From the IMG/VR virus record IMGVR_UViG_3300049324_000034, positions 57,539 through 121,538 of that record: a DNA stretch of 64,000 bases. The stretch is one strand, 5' to 3'. This stretch comes from a virus (Duplodnaviria > Caudoviricetes). The notes below the pieces were generated by a model. The model saw only the letters and a program-made list of their open reading frames with translations, made no database searches and was not told the DNA's origin. Below, one piece after another: positions 63,673-64,000 of this stretch; position 1 is the first letter of the stretch, and each line of letters starts with the position of its first letter. Position numbers and translations under genes: made by a program.

Positions 63673-63900
63673 ATGCACATCTACCACCTCGCCCGCAACG
63701 AAATCATCCACCGCGAAGAGAACGCCGCACTCGTCGTCATCGCCATCGACGAGTACGCCGCCCGTGAGCGCGCCGCCGACCTCTGCGGTCCCGAAGGCGT
63801 CGCCCCATGGCTGGAGCGCGCCGACTGCGTCCAGATCGGTGTTGCCTTGCCCGAGTTCGACGCTCACGGCTTCGCCTGCGTCGACTGCCTCGAAGCCTGA
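63673..63900 (+). CDS. hypothetical protein
   Basis: AGGAG RBS; GTTCCGG at 63647. Confidence 0.7.
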   Translation: MHIYHLARNEIIHREENAALVVIAIDEYAARERAADLCGPEGVAPWLERADCVQIGVALPEFDAHGFACVDCLEA

Positions 63901-63941
63901 CCCCCGACCACCCGTTCCGGCACCCCAGGAGAGACACCGTC

Positions 63942-64000
63942 ATGATCCCCATCAGCCACGAAGACTTCACGGCCCTCAAGGCCCTCGACGACGCCCGCCG
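63942..64000 (+). CDS. hypothetical protein, 3'-truncated
   Basis: AGGAG RBS; GTTCCGG at 63914. Confidence 0.6.
   Translation, partial: MIPISHEDFTALKALDDAR

Noticed and set aside
9531-63920. GTTCCG element as a LexA/SOS box half-site
   Set aside because: The actinobacterial box is palindromic GAAC-N4-GTTC. The upstream GAAC half is absent at these sites, and the element is strictly oriented.
1-64000. Integrase, att site, tRNA genes, lysin B
   Set aside because: No recombinase motifs, tRNA cloverleaf or cutinase-like gene recognised; lifestyle cannot be determined from this window.

Overview
High-GC actinobacterial phage (or prophage) genome segment with three blocks. (1) 1-8545, + strand: end of the late region, with membrane proteins, a GH25-like endolysin, a holin and tail-fibre-like genes. 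(2) 8532-35847, - strand: DNA replication, recombination and nucleotide-metabolism block (RepB-type primase, SSB-like protein, UvrD, SNF2-like and RecD-like helicases, DnaQ, Cas4-like, VRR-NUC, MazG, Nudix, RapZ-CTD) that also contains the terminase large subunit. (3) 36439-64000, + strand: arm of about 70 small genes starting with a terminase-small-like gene. An inverted repeat with 81-bp arms lies at the divergence point. The most notable signals are regulatory. About 19 -10 promoters, mostly extended (TGnTAnnnT), are followed almost always 7 nt later by GTTCCG(G), and promoter-less copies of GTTCCGG also occur in intercistronic leaders. Five GTAAC-N17-CGA(T/C) SigD-like ECF promoters are present, one of which drives an RsdA-like anti-sigma-D protein fused to an HNH-like ectodomain. 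There is also a promoter-driven structured ncRNA candidate. No integrase, DNA polymerase, capsid, tRNA or CRISPR array was recognised. All family assignments come from motif recognition by eye, not database searches.
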